A stretch of 64,000 bases of DNA, from NCBI GenBank assembly GCA_030264375.1, contig JASCQW010000122.1, positions 31,407,783-31,471,782 on the forward strand. The letters are read 5' to 3'. Source of the DNA: Carcharhinus longimanus. Taxonomy: Eukaryota. Position numbers and translations under genes: made by a program. The notes under the pieces are model-generated. The model was not told where the DNA came from. It searched no databases and was given only the letters and a program-made list of their open reading frames with translations. Positions 1 through 12,445 of this stretch are shown piece by piece (within the stretch, counting starts at the first letter, position 1; each line of letters opens with the position of its first letter).

Positions 1-207
1 CCGGGTGTTCCGGTTTCCTCCCACAGTCCAAAAATGTGCAGGTTAGGTTGATTGGCCATGCTAAAATTGCCTTAGTGTCTTGAGATGCGTAGGTTAGAGG
101 GATTAGTGGGTAAAATATGTAGGGATATGGGGGTCGGGCCTGGATTGTGATCGGTGCGGACTCGATGGGCTGAATGGCCTCTTTCTGTACTGTAGGGTTT
201 CTATGAT
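1..207 (+). mobile_element. HE1-type (V-SINE) shark SINE, 3' part
   Basis: ccggtttcctcccacagtccaaa...gattggccatgctaaa core and the CR1-derived tail gatgggctgaatggcctc...tctatga. Confidence 0.85.
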
Positions 208-510
208 GATAAAATTTAAAATGTACATTTCTAAATAAAAGAGACATGAAATGGCAGCAATGTTAAAGATCACATTTTTACAATTATCGCTAAAGAGTAG
301 GATAAAATTGCAGTAAGTATTGCAGAACTCACTTACAGCCAAAGATATAGAAATACCCAAGCAATTGCACAACATCATGTGCAGATGATTTCAAAGTGCA
401 ATGTTAACAGAAAGGTAAATTAATTTCTTCCAAACCCATATCTTAAAAAGTTCACAACAGTTGTCAGGAAAGATAACAGGCCTGATCGAATCTCTATACA
501 AGTCTCTTTA

Positions 511-681
511 TGTTAAACTGGGGTGGGCACAGTAAGAAGTCTCACAATACCAGGTTAAAGTCTAACAGATTTATTTGGAATCATGAGCTTTCGGAACGCT
601 CACCTGATGAAGGAGCAGCACTTTGAAAGCTTGTGATTGTAAATAATCCTGTTGGACATTAACATGGTGTAAGACTTCTTG
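511..681. mobile_element. Penelope-like non-autonomous element (inverted pLTR ends) with hammerhead motif
   Basis: Long imperfect palindrome (aagaagtctcacaataccaggttaaagtctaacag / ctgttggacattaacatggtgtaagacttctt) around tcac-CTGATGA-aggagcagcacttt-GAAA-gctt-gtga (600-636). Confidence 0.75.
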
Positions 682-1689
682 CTATCTTTTGTATGATGAA
701 CATAAAGAATGGAGGCACATCTAAAAACAAAATTAAAGTGTTGCTTTGTGACTGAAAATGTTACATCACAAATAAAGCAGTCAAAGCTTGGGCAATGAGA
801 CTACAAGGAACCCACTCTCTGAAAAACATTATTTGCAATTCATTATGAGCTTCATGCTCTTGGGCTTGTAGATCAGCAAAGATAAATCATATATGATTAC
901 GCTATTTAACAGACAATCCTATAATGCAACTATGTAGAATTGGAGAACCACAAGATTAAATGATACATGAAAAGAAAAGGTCAACCTTTAAATTCCCAGT
1001 TATTTTCAACAATAATAATTCTTGGAGTGTCATTCGATTTTGCTGAACGATTTTTCTACAAATCACAGCCATTTTTCCTTACTGTAATGTTTAAGTTATT
1101 TTTCCTGCTCACCTTGAAATTTATATGTTCAGTTTACCATCATAATCCTTCAGAAATATTTTTGGCATTTTATAAACTACATCACAATGGAAAATGACTG
1201 AACAAATTGTATTACAATGATTGTAAAACATACATTATTTCACAAGAATATAGCTCGTACTATGGCTGAATAAACTTGGCAATGCAAGATAATTTCATAT
1301 TTCATTGCTAATTTTGAAAAGGATTATGTGCTCAAGATACAACTCCTCCATGCTATCAATCTAAACACAACAATGTAGCACAGCTAATTTGAATAGAAAT
1401 CTATTAAAAACCAAATATTGTGAATAAGATGTTATAATTGCTGAAGGACAGTGTGTAACACAGCTCGCAACTTTAATGGAATGCATTGTAAGAGTAGTAG
1501 GAAGATTTGTATTTGGTGAGACTAGAGAGTCAGTGCAAGATATGTTTGTATATGTTTGAGGCAGTAAACATTCAAAGCTAGGAATGTATAATTAATATTT
1601 TAAAAATTAATAATTTCAATTAGTTAAACAAATGAATTTTAAAACACTATCTAAAGCACCCAAACTATAATTATATACTAAAGATGGGT

Positions 1690-2860
1690 AGTTAGGAATG
1701 GCAATGCAGGAGACGTGCTACATCTGCTACAGGCTGTAGTTTGTGAGAGCAGTGTGATCCATGGCACCTGCCTCAGGTAAGTATGTGCAACTGGAGGAAT
1801 TTTGTTTGAGTTGTTGAGTTTGAGGTGTAGACAATGTAGTGCATGAGGGAGGGGTGGAGTTTGCTGGCAGTTTTCTTCCAGGAGACAGTTACATCCCTTT
1901 AGCGTGGTTGTGGTTTAGGTTTTGTTTGTGGTTAGAGAGAGGGTGACTGCAACTCAGGGAGGTAAGGGGCCTGGAGATGCATTGACAAAGGAGATTTGGC
2001 CTTTGCCATTGTCCAACTCGGATGAGATACTTGCTACTCATATATGGAAAAGTATNNNNNNNNNNNNNNNNNNNNNNNNNNNNNNNNNNNNNNNNNNNNN
2101 NNNNNNNNNNNNNNNNNNNNNNNNNNNNNNNNNNNNNNNNNNNNNNNNNNNNNNNNNNNNNNNNNNNNNNNNNNNNNNNNNNNNNNNNNNNNNNNNNNNN
2201 NNNNNNNAAGGATCCAACTGTTGAGATACACGTAGTTCAACCTAACTCATTGATTTCTATGAGTGGGGTTCTGCTGAAGGAGCTTGAGCAGCTAGAATCA
2301 AAATTTAAAAGCAGAACCTTAAAGGTAATAACCTTGGGACTGGAGATACTGTCCTGGTGAATTGAAGAACTAGACTGGAATTTGGACTTTGAACTGATTT
2401 GAAGGAAAAAAGGGTTTGGATAAGAGGTCAATTTATAAGTCTGAAGAGAGAAGTCAAATATGTAGAGAATGGTAGAAATTTGTGTAAAATCAACAGATAG
2501 TAGCAGGAGGTGGAATGATTACTGCACTTCTGTCAATTCCTCGAGGACAAGCCACACCATGTTCTGTGATGTTGCCCATCTGTGGGGAATTCATGTAGTT
2601 TGGCTGCGCAAATGAGTTTTTCCTCCAAGAGTTTGATATGGTAATAATGCATTGGCGACTAAGGCTATGTCAGGAAAAATTGTAAAAAAAATAATTAAAG
2701 GCCCTATATCTGAGCTACACAAAGCATTCATAACAAGATTAATGAATCTTGACCATAGAGAAAAATGAATTTGATTTATTATGCGTTACTGAGACATAGT
2801 AGCGAAGTGATCAAGGTTGGGAACTAAGACCCAAATTTTTGCAAAGTATGGTCGATTCCA
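1690..2860 (+). mobile_element. CR1 LINE 5' part (ORF1 remnant and start of the ORF2 endonuclease)
   Basis: LKALYL...SIHNKINE and CVTET* (APE NARS and ITETW motifs) at ~2695-2800. A Cys-rich ORF1-like start lies near 1700. Confidence 0.6.
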
Positions 2861-4810
2861 NNNNNNNNNNNNNNNNNNNNNNNNNNNNNNNNNNNNNNNN
2901 NNNNNNNNNNNNNNNNNNNNNNNNNNNNNNNNNNNNNNNNNNNNNNNNNNNNNNNNNNNNCAGAGGAATTTAAAAATGGTGGGCAGGATCCAACACTGTG
3001 ATTTCTGCCCCAATTTCTTACGCCAGCAGTTTTCATCGGTGCATAACAAGGATCAGAATAGTAAACATCCATTCAGATGAGTTCCACTGCATTTCTTACC
3101 TTACCACCCCCACTTCATAGATTTTTTGTGATGTTGGGCCAGCTTCTGAATGATTTGTAGTTCATTGCCCCAAAAGGAATTGTGAACCATAGTCTGGACT
3201 CAGGAACCTTCCGAAAGAAAGCTTAAAGGTCTTATCCGTGCCCCCATTCCCCTTTGTGCCTTCAATTAGACCTGTATCTCTGATGTCCACTTAGCATATG
3301 TATGATATACAGAACCAATATAATAAGAGTATCAAGTCCTGAAGTGTTGAGGAAAATAAAACACCCACTTAGAAATCTACTTTGAAAGTATTGCTGTTCT
3401 TATAACTCTGTAAAAATATCAATCATACAGAGGCATTTATTGTCCCAGTACCAGAAGCTCTCCCTCACTTCATACCTTTTAATGCATTCCAAATAAACAT
3501 ACATTATTTGACAATAATAATTGTTATTATTTAACAATTGTTATTATTTCTTTGTCAAGAAAGAATACTACATTTTCGATGGGTATCTTTGAGGTTACAA
3601 TTAAAGCAAACGTTTCACTTCCACTCGACCAAAACAGAACCTTTGCTAAGCAAATCTATTTGTGAATCTTAGAGTTTAGACAAACATTCATAATGAGGCT
3701 GTTTGGAATAACAAATACCTGGCCGTCTTTTTTTTTGGTGATAAAATACCAAACAGCTTCGTCTCATTGATACTTTTATAGGGTTGTCAGAACAGCAATC
3801 AGTTTTCAGATTTCCAAATTGGTGTTATATATTTTTTAAGCACTTTAGGACTTGTTATTGGACAATTCAATGTACATCATTGAATTTGTACATCATGCAT
3901 ACATGGTGGCTGGGCTTGAGGGGTATGAGAAGTGAGTGAAGAGTGAACATTAGAGGATTATTTAAACAACTGGAACAAAACCTTGGAAGTGGGCCTTCTA
4001 ACCAGCCTGACCTCATGACTGCTACTGATCTGTTCCCAGGGTTGATGGGTCTGATTCAGTCCTGCCCCTTCTTCCCTGGATCAAAAATTGTGTGCGTGCG
4101 ACTGGGCCCTTTATATCTGCCAAGTCGGGAGATTTCTGACTCATACTACCTTCAGTAGTGAAAATCTGGCCTTAAATATGCTATGGAATGTGACTTTTGG
4201 AAATGGTAAACTAAAGGAAAGGGAGAGGCATGGGGCAAAGTTAATGGACCAGGGTGTAGCTAGCAGAATATTTAAGGTGGAACATGGATTTAGTATATTT
4301 GGGTTTTCAGAGTGGACATTTGGGGACTGGGATTTTAGCCTTCATTTTTTAACAAAGCTTACTGGTGCATGAATTTTACTTATTATTAGATGATTAATTG
4401 AACTTAACAACTCGTTTGGCAAGGTCCGGAACTGATATGGTGGCACAGTAAATAATTGTCAGCTTTGCGGGCTGTCATTCTCACACTTAAGAGCTGCCTT
4501 GTGACCCTTGATCCAACCAAACAAGCCAATCCAAAACTGGCAGGATCTGAAATCCAGCATGGACTTAGTCCCATGGTTATCTTTTTTGAGATGTTATACT
4601 GTATAGTAAATCTATATTTGCAGTGATTTGAATTTTATATCTCATTATATATATAAATCTGTCCAGGTGGTATCTCTTTCACTAACAAGAAATGTTGAAC
4701 TGTATGTTAAAACTAACATAAGTTGGCAATAAAGGAGAGCTTTAACTTTGAAAGATTCCATACCTCGGCATATTGAGTTATCTTCGAAATGTTAACCAGT
4801 CATTAGACAA

Positions 4811-4965
4811 TCATCGAACTATAGAATCCCTACAGTGCTGAAAGAGGCCATCTCGCCATCGATTCTGCACTGACTCTTTGAAAACATTCCATCCAGGCCC
4901 TTCCTCTATGCTTTATCTCTTTAACCCTGCACATTTACCATGGCTAATCTATCTAACCTACACAT
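4811..4965 (-). mobile_element. HE1-type SINE fragment
   Basis: Reverse complement of the same tail and core. Confidence 0.7.
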
Positions 4966-5549
4966 ATGTTTTATCATATTAGTATTCAAAGTACCACAAA
5001 TTGTCTAGAGGGAAAATTAATTAGTTTAAGAATTCTAAGCACTGCTTTATCATTTATTAAGGAACAGACTGACGTACTTGAACAATCAGCACAAAATTGG
5101 TATACTTGTGTGCTACAGCTTTCATTCTGTATCACTTGAAGTGGTTGACAGTGCTGCAAGAGGGATATCAATTTTTGGCAAGTTTACTTGATCCTTCCAG
5201 TTTTAAAACTAACTGCGTCATTGCATTTCTCATTGAAGTTCTCAGATTTGTTACCTGCACTTGCATTGTTTCATTACTTTTCAGTTAACTTCCATATTGA
5301 AAAACTGCATTGATTAAGCCTCTTTCAGCATGTTAAATAACAAAAATCACAGCTTAATGGTATCATTTTGTATGGGTAATCGTTTACATGTTGAGTCCTT
5401 AATGAGGACTGACCATGAACACAGATTATGCATTATAAATTAATTATTGATAGCTTTATTGCAGCCTTTTGTGACCATGTTACTTGCAGCGAGAGCTCAA
5501 GAACATTAGCAATGAGACTTCCTTTCCACATGAGGAATATCGAGCTATA

Positions 5550-5747
5550 GCTACCCCTGACACTAATGGACAATTTAGCATGACCAGTAACCTAAACTGC
5601 ACATCTTTGGACTGTAGGAGGAAACCCATGCAAACATGGGGAGAATGTGAAAACTCCACACAGACAGTGACCCAAGGCTGGAATTGAACCTGGGTCCCTA
5701 TCACTGTGAGGCAGCAGTGCTAACCACTGTGCTACCATGCCATCCCA
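5550..5747 (-). mobile_element. HE1-type SINE, 5' part
   Basis: tRNA head (cagtggttagcactgctgcctcacag...caggttcaattcc) and V-domain core on the minus strand. Confidence 0.85.
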
Positions 5748-6385
5748 ATATGTTTTCTGCTTCTACTGTCTTAGACAGGATGAAATAGTTTATCGGAGCA
5801 CAATAGCGTTATGTGTAGTTCGTACATAAAACTAAAAACATCATAATCCTATCCCTCCACCTCGTCATTTGGGTTTCTCTCTAATGTCCCTTTCCAAAGT
5901 TGAAATTTTTTTTTGTACTGTGACAACATAGCTGGAGACAGTATTTTAAGAGGGGTCACACAAATGATTTATAAAGTGGCAGGATTGCCTCATTATCTCA
6001 GTTCAGTATTGACCTTGTACCACATCTCAACAACATTGCTGCAGTTTATTTATAATCTGATATTTACAATGCAAGAGCATTTTCAAATTGTTCTTATTCC
6101 AGAGGGACTGTGGCTTTGGTTTCAGCTTATGGATAGGGAAAATGAAATGGAAAGCAGTGATTCATATTGCAGCAAATCACCATTTTTCCAGTATTTTTAA
6201 ATAATTATTAAGAACAGAAAGATAGCATTGGATTTTACAAGCTGTCTAGGGATGGGCTGGGAAGCAGATGAGTCTGTAAAATGGCATGGGATATCAGAGT
6301 TTGAAGTGCCCTCTCTATCCTGTCACTATAGCATTTTACCGCGGTGAAGGACTGCCCTCCTATCAAGAGGTCTAATTGCACGACT

Positions 6386-7744
6386 TGTTACAAATATCTA
6401 GATCATCGTTCATGTTAATATTTTAGAGATAATGTTTTGTTCTGGCAAGATGAAAATTTAATTGCAGAAAATGGGATAAATGCAACTAACTAGTTTGGAG
6501 GCTATTACAATTAAAAGGTGGGGCCATGTTGATTTAAGGGATTAACTGCTAGAAGGGTAAGATCCTAAAACAGGTGTGCTTATTTAGCTGAAGAGCTAGA
6601 AATGTGGGGGCAAATTTTGCCAGTCCACTCTCCCCAGGAATCGTAGCGAGCGAGGGGCGGACCATGGAAAGGTCCATTGATCTCAGGCAGGATTTTCCAG
6701 TTTCGGGGCGAGCGTGGCCGGAAAATCCCACCTGTGACGTTTCTGCTGCTTGCAAAGAAGTGCAGTCCGAAAAGCTGTTTTGTTTTGGGACTTGGAGCTA
6801 AATTAGTTTAAAATCATTCGGTCAACAATGAAATGCTACATTACCCTGGAGATGATTGGAACATAAGGTTTTTGCTTTCAATATATCAGTGTATTTTCTG
6901 AGCATTTTGAAGCAGGTGAAGAGGCACCACACTAAAAATGTGCTGCTGTTAGCAGGCTCTAGGCAGTTAGGGCACAGGATAAGATCTGGGAACATTCGGT
7001 AAGGCTGTTAATTGCAATTTGGACTTTGTGTGGTTTGTAGCTCCCAGATAGGCCCTGGGAGCTGATCTGTGCAGATGCGGTTCAAGGGAATTCCTGGGGA
7101 GTTGACAGAGTGGCAGAGAGACTGAAGTTCAAAAACATCCAGTGAATCTAGAGGACTGTAAATACTTTGAGGTATACTGATAATTGGAGGTGGGAGTGCA
7201 GCTTCCTGAATCCGTGTCTCAAGAGATGAAAATGAAGCATTGTGAGTTCAGCAGTCCTTGAGGCTGTCCAAGTTGAAGTGGCTTTTGAGTAAATTCAGAG
7301 GCCAGATCTTTGAAAGTGAGGATTTGATGTTTTGTTAAAGCATCTCCTGTATTTCAGATGTCTTGGGCAAATTTCTACTGCTTCTAAAAAGTTATAATTT
7401 CATTTGTAAGGAAAACAGAGTTTGAATGAGAGATTGTGACTCTCAGTGATCCCTGATGTATGGGAGGGTTGCTGAGGAAAAACCATGGGATATGTCTTGG
7501 TTACATCTGCCATTTAATGTGCAGTGTGGGTTTGACCATGGTTTGCCTGTTAACCCATGATTACCTCATGTTTATTCTGAATGTTAGAGTATGATAGAGA
7601 TTGTAGATTGTTTTACTTTTCAGATTTGTAAAGATTATTTTGTTTGTTTAAAACCATGGAATCTTGTGGCTTTATTCTTCCAGTGGGTAACTGAGATTTC
7701 TCTATTTTGAACAAAAAGTTATTGGTCTATATTAGAGTGTAACA
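6386..7744 (+). mobile_element. Solo LTR related to the 51872-53117 LTR
   Basis: Termini TGTTACA...TGTAACA. The 3' part (gttgctgaggaaaaaccatgggatatgtcttggttacatctgccatttaatgtgcagtgtgg) matches 52808-52870. Confidence 0.75.
6607..6732. mobile_element. Small MITE nested in the solo LTR (probably Harbinger-derived)
   Basis: CpG-rich ~125-bp insert with imperfect terminal inverted repeats (ggcaaattttgcc / ggaaaatcccacc). Confidence 0.6.
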
Positions 7745-10577
7745 TTCTTATGTGGCCAATTACAGGTTTCTTCTCAGCACCTCTAGCATTTTATCAATAG
7801 TCGTGGGCTTTCTGCTTTGTGGGAGACCACCTGGTGAGTCTTAGCAGCCTCTTTGTGGGCTTAATAAAGAACTGCCTTCTTAATCAGATACACTCTGTTC
7901 ATCTGGCATTGGCTACCCTTGCGTCTACATGCTATCTGACTTCACCAAACACCCATTCCCATCTCCTTCCCAGACCTGCCTGATAGACCTCGGCAATTCA
8001 AGATTTCACTCTCATGTTTATAAGAACAATATCCTCTCCACTGAGTGCACTTCCAGCCTTGGCCACTGTTTTCATTGGTGAGGATAACTTCTTTTCTATT
8101 GGGTGCAGGCTGAGCCATGGGTGTTGATGAGACTGAAGAGCTGCCTGCCTTCTGATTGGTTGGCAGTTGTTGGAGATAGATTCCCGTCTTTTAAAGAGAT
8201 GGAAGTCCCAGTGACAGCTAATTAGTTGTTAGATTGCCTGGGGGCCCCCTCAAAGGCTTAAATGGTTTCCCATGTCATTCTGGCTGCTGAGGGCAGTTTG
8301 GCCATGCTGATTAAACTCAGCCCATAGTTTTAATAAAAAGACTGAGGAGGAGAAATTTGTTCGAGTAGACCACTCAGAAATATCTTGATTCTCATGTGGA
8401 ACTGGGCCACTACCTGTGTGATTCACATACCACACTCTATAAATATTATTGGAAAAGCCCATGAGAGCCATAGCCATGGAGCTGCTTATCCTGGTGAACC
8501 AATGTTAAATCTGGAGTGAACCAACCTTAGGCACAATGTGAAGAAATTTTTTCCGGGTGTTTTATGGATCAAAGCCTGCACACAAATGTGTTATCTATAG
8601 GACAGGCATGCTAAAGGAATAGCAATGCCTCTTTTTAAAAAGATCAGCAGCAATATGATGAACATGATGTGGCCATATTATTTTCCTTTTTAATCCAAAA
8701 TGCAGTAAAACTATACTGCCAGGTTGTTACATAGAGCAATGACAAATCTTATTTACATTTTAAATAATTCCACAGGTAGAAAAAACAGAAAGATAATGAC
8801 ATTGATTTAATTCATGAAGTGCTAAATTAATTTTGGCAGAACACATTTCTTGCACCCTCAGATATTTTGAAAGGCTTTTGGTGGGAGGTCTTTGACTTTC
8901 AAATGCTTTGATTTTTGTGTGGGAGAAGAGATATCCATACCTATTGCACACATCTGAAGTGCTGAAATGCTGGGTATTCTTATCAGGGCCAAAGTGCAGC
9001 CATATGAATTGGGCCTACCACTTAGAACTGATGAAATTCCGCAATCAACTGATAAAGGCAGGGATTTTCTGATCTCTTTCACTCCGCCACTGCTGTCTGC
9101 AAGAATATATAATTTGAAACTCAGCCAAAACTCCATTCACAGAGAATCCCAGCCTCAGGCGGGGTTGAAGGATTCTGACCACTGGCACTTTGACTATCTT
9201 TCAGAGCAAGAGAGGCTACCAGATGTAAGGAAAGGAGCTTTATCAGTCACCTCATATCTTTTCAAAAGTAATTATTATACATTAGTATACATGCATTTCA
9301 AGCATAATCACTTTATTGGAATCCAGACCAACTTGTACACTTAATTGTGGAATTTCTAAATGTTGTGTTGCTACCTTTCCAAATGCACAGGATTCCTCTA
9401 AAGGTTGTGATCCTGCTTGCTGCTGGCAGACACCCAACTTCCTGCTGAATTGGGCATTCCCGCTGAGTGGCAAAATTACTCGGCCTGCCTCCTGACCCCA
9501 ATCAGCTTCCCGCCCCAACCTGGTGGAAACCTGATAATTATTCAAATCTATGATTTACATTCCATTAGTGGGCTGGAAGCCAATTCAGCACCTAACTCCC
9601 CAGCCAGAAGTCACACAGTTGTAATTTGGTGATGCTCCTGAAAAGCTGGGCCCTGGCACAATGGGATTCAGGGGGAGCAAGGTGGCAAGTGGCCTGCTTT
9701 AAAGTCTTCTGCGTTACATGGGGAGATAATGCATGACAACTAGGAGTAGTGGGTTTGTGTTGGAGGGAAGCAGGGGAAATCAGGGGGCTCCCCTTACCCA
9801 GGATGGGGGTGCCTTGGCTGTCCAGCTTCATGGTGTGTTTACTCTTAGACAGGCATTTAACTGATAGAGGTGTTCTTTCCTATTTATGCTTTGCAACAGC
9901 TGTGAGGTCTCATGTTCAATGCCAACTTCATGCAACTTGGTTATCTGGACCCATGCATACCTGAATCAGCAATCCACTCTAAATCTGGCCTAACCCTGGT
10001 TTTATTTAACAATCCCCAGCAGGTGGCAGCCCTATTTCAACTCCTGTCACTCGCAGGATATATTAATCGACCAAGACCTCTTCCCCCTTGTAAGTACAAA
10101 TGAATGTAAGCTGTTGGCACACCTCATGAAACTCCCTTCACTGACAGTTCCACAACAGATGAGCAAGGAGAATCACCGAGGCTGGTGGACATGAAGATCA
10201 GATGCCCCAGTTGCAGCTGAAAGATGTACCAGCAGACAGCCAATGTTACATCAAAAACCTCATTGTTGAAGCATACAGTGAACATTCTATTAAGGCTTAT
10301 GCTCTCTGTCCCTGTCCTGCAGCTGCTCCCTCTTGTCTCATCCTTATCCCACTGCATAACATTTTGTAATCTTGGAACTGTTCTGAAGGTCACTTAGAGT
10401 TGATTTGGGTGAGTCGTGCCCTGTGTACAAAGCATCAAGCAGGCACAATCAACATGATTTGACCTAGCTACATCAGTGCAGTGATGTTGTAAACTGAAGA
10501 TATGGGCACTGAAAACCCTAGTAATAGCTTTTCTTTGAATTTATTCCCAAACCTTACAATTATGCCCTATTTCTTCA

Positions 10578-10659
10578 ACATTGATGGTCGAGTGGTTAAA
10601 ATGTTAGACTTGAAATCCAATGAAGTCTCCCCATGCAGGTTCAAACCCTGCTCACTGGG
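10578..10659 (+). pseudogene. tRNA-Ser(TGA) pseudogene
   Basis: acattgatggtcgagtggttaaaatgttagacTTGAAatccaatgaagtctccccatgcaggttcaaaccctgctcactggg aligns without gaps over 82 nt to vertebrate tRNA-Ser-TGA (long variable arm). Acceptor, D and variable stems carry multiple, mostly transition, mismatches. Confidence 0.88.
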
Positions 10660-10670
10660 AATCAATATTT

Positions 10671-10850
10671 GGGGGTCAGTTTAGCTCAGCTCACTGGACA
10701 GCTGGTTAGTGATGCAATGTGCCGTCAGCAGTGTGGGTTCAGTTCTCTTACTGGCTGAGGCTATTCATGAAGGCCCGCCTTCTCAACCTTGCCTCTCACC
10801 TGAGGTATGATGATCCTTAGGTTAGATCACATCCAGTCACAGCCTATGGC
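10671..10850 (+). mobile_element. tRNA-derived SINE
   Basis: A-box-like tttagctcag..ctgg and B-box-like gggttcagttctc, followed by a non-tRNA body. Confidence 0.6.
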
Positions 10851-11554
10851 ATCTGGAACTTGTTTCTTTGGGAGGTTGAACAATTGCAGATTGACGTTAA
10901 GATTGCTTACTATGGATGAACTTACCTACATTGTTTTAAAAAGTTCATTTTCCACACTTGGACCACCCACCCAGTTTAGCCCTCATTTTCTTTCTGATTT
11001 AGTGTGAGTTTGGATTTGTATCATTGTTTCTGCGACATTTCAGCATTCTTGTTGCTTCGTTGAACCTCCTTACCATTACTGCCAAAGAATACAATATCTA
11101 CCTAAAATGGAGGTATTTGCCAGGGTATTAATTTTTCTCCTGTGGCTTGATTTTGCAGATCTCCCCCATTGAAGTAACTCTTTTCCTTCAAAGTTAATGT
11201 GATGATTACTTGAGCGCAACAAATTCTGCTCTTTCCAGTGATGCCCACATCCCATGAAAGAATTTTAAAAACCTACAAATGTAGTTTTGATTCAAAGAAC
11301 TTGTGTGGCAGTTACCATTGCTAGTATTCCAAAGGAAGGTGTCTTGGGCTTTCTTGCATTGATTGAGAAGGCATTGTTTTTAGAGACTTAAATACATTCA
11401 AAGAACAAAAAATAATTAACTGAAGGAAGGTCTTTGTTACCATTAAGTAATATTTAAAAATATACTTTTTTGAGACAGAACAAGAAATTTGAATTTCTAA
11501 GGAGATGGTAGGTTATCAAAAATGATCTTGTTTTTATTTTGTTCAGTACCTTAC

Positions 11555-11626
11555 CTATAAATAATGCACGCACTGTTTCGGCAGGTGTCACAATTTGCAG
11601 TGTCCTGTCCTGTTCGATAGGAGAGC
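11555..11626 (-). CDS. INSYN2A: INSYN2A second coding exon (72 bp)
   Basis: Minus strand reads ttttatctttacag|G CTC TCC TAT CGA ACA GGA CAG GAC ACT GCA AAT TGT GAC ACC TGC CGA AAC AGT GCG TGC ATT ATT TAT AG|gtaagg = (G)LSYRTGQDTANCDTCRNSACIIY(S). This is the peptide that follows EKGEAxREG in INSYN2A. The phase matches the upstream exon (GG+G). Confidence 0.96.
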
Positions 11627-12204
11627 CTGTAAAGATAAAAATGCACATTATATTGCAAAAGTAAATTTAATTAGTTTTGAGGGAATAATTGAAAAGTAAC
11701 TTGGGGAATTTTTTACATATTTTAGTTTTTGTTTTCCAGTTAGCATTGACTTACTAAATTACCAACATTTAATGTGAGTGTTACTTTTAAAAGTTTCATT
11801 TTAACTTAAATATTTAAATTGATTGATAAATAATGTCTCTTTCCATTTTCAGGATAGAAAAATAACCTTGACATTTGTTTTTCAATACTAACATTTAATT
11901 TGTTTTTCATGCCATTAACGTGGAAAACATATTAATGTTAAAACAATTTCAGGCAGAATTTCCTTTGACACTCAGTGTATTGCATGTCAATATAATCATC
12001 ATAACATTTTTAAACATTAATATTGATGTCCACTCCACCAATGTATGACATACCTCTCCAGTGCTCTGCAGCCTTTCACCAAAATGAATCTATAGGTGCA
12101 TGGTTGTTGCATTTGTCCATTAAGGTTATAGAAAAAGTATCAGTCGTTCGTAAATAAAATGCAGAAAGGGTATACTTATTTAAGAATAACAGAGAAAGTG
12201 TGCA

Positions 12205-12445
12205 ACGTTGCATAACGGTTAGCACTGCTGCCTCAGAATGCTAGGGACCCAAGTTTAATACCGGCCTTGGGTGACTGTGGAATTTGCACGTTCTCTCCAT
12301 GTCTGCGTGGGTTTCCTCAGGTTTCCTTCTACAATCCAAAGATGTGTATGTTCAGTGGATTGCCACTCTAAATTGCCCCTTAATGTCCAAAGATGTGTAG
12401 GATAGGTGGAATTATCCATCATAAATGCACAGGGTTACAGGGATT
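12205..12445 (+). mobile_element. HE1-type SINE
   Basis: ggttagcactgctgcctcag...ccttgggtgactgtggaatttgcacgttctctccatgtctgcgtgggtttcc. Confidence 0.8.

Noticed and set aside
10578-10659. Functional tRNA-Ser or a selenocysteine/suppressor tRNA
   Set aside because: TGA here is the anticodon (reads UCA, Ser), and several stems are disrupted.
1-11500. Final INSYN2A coding exon (VELDFKQQED...KLWFL)
   Set aside because: Not found by eye. It is probably left of the window or in a gap, so it is not annotated.
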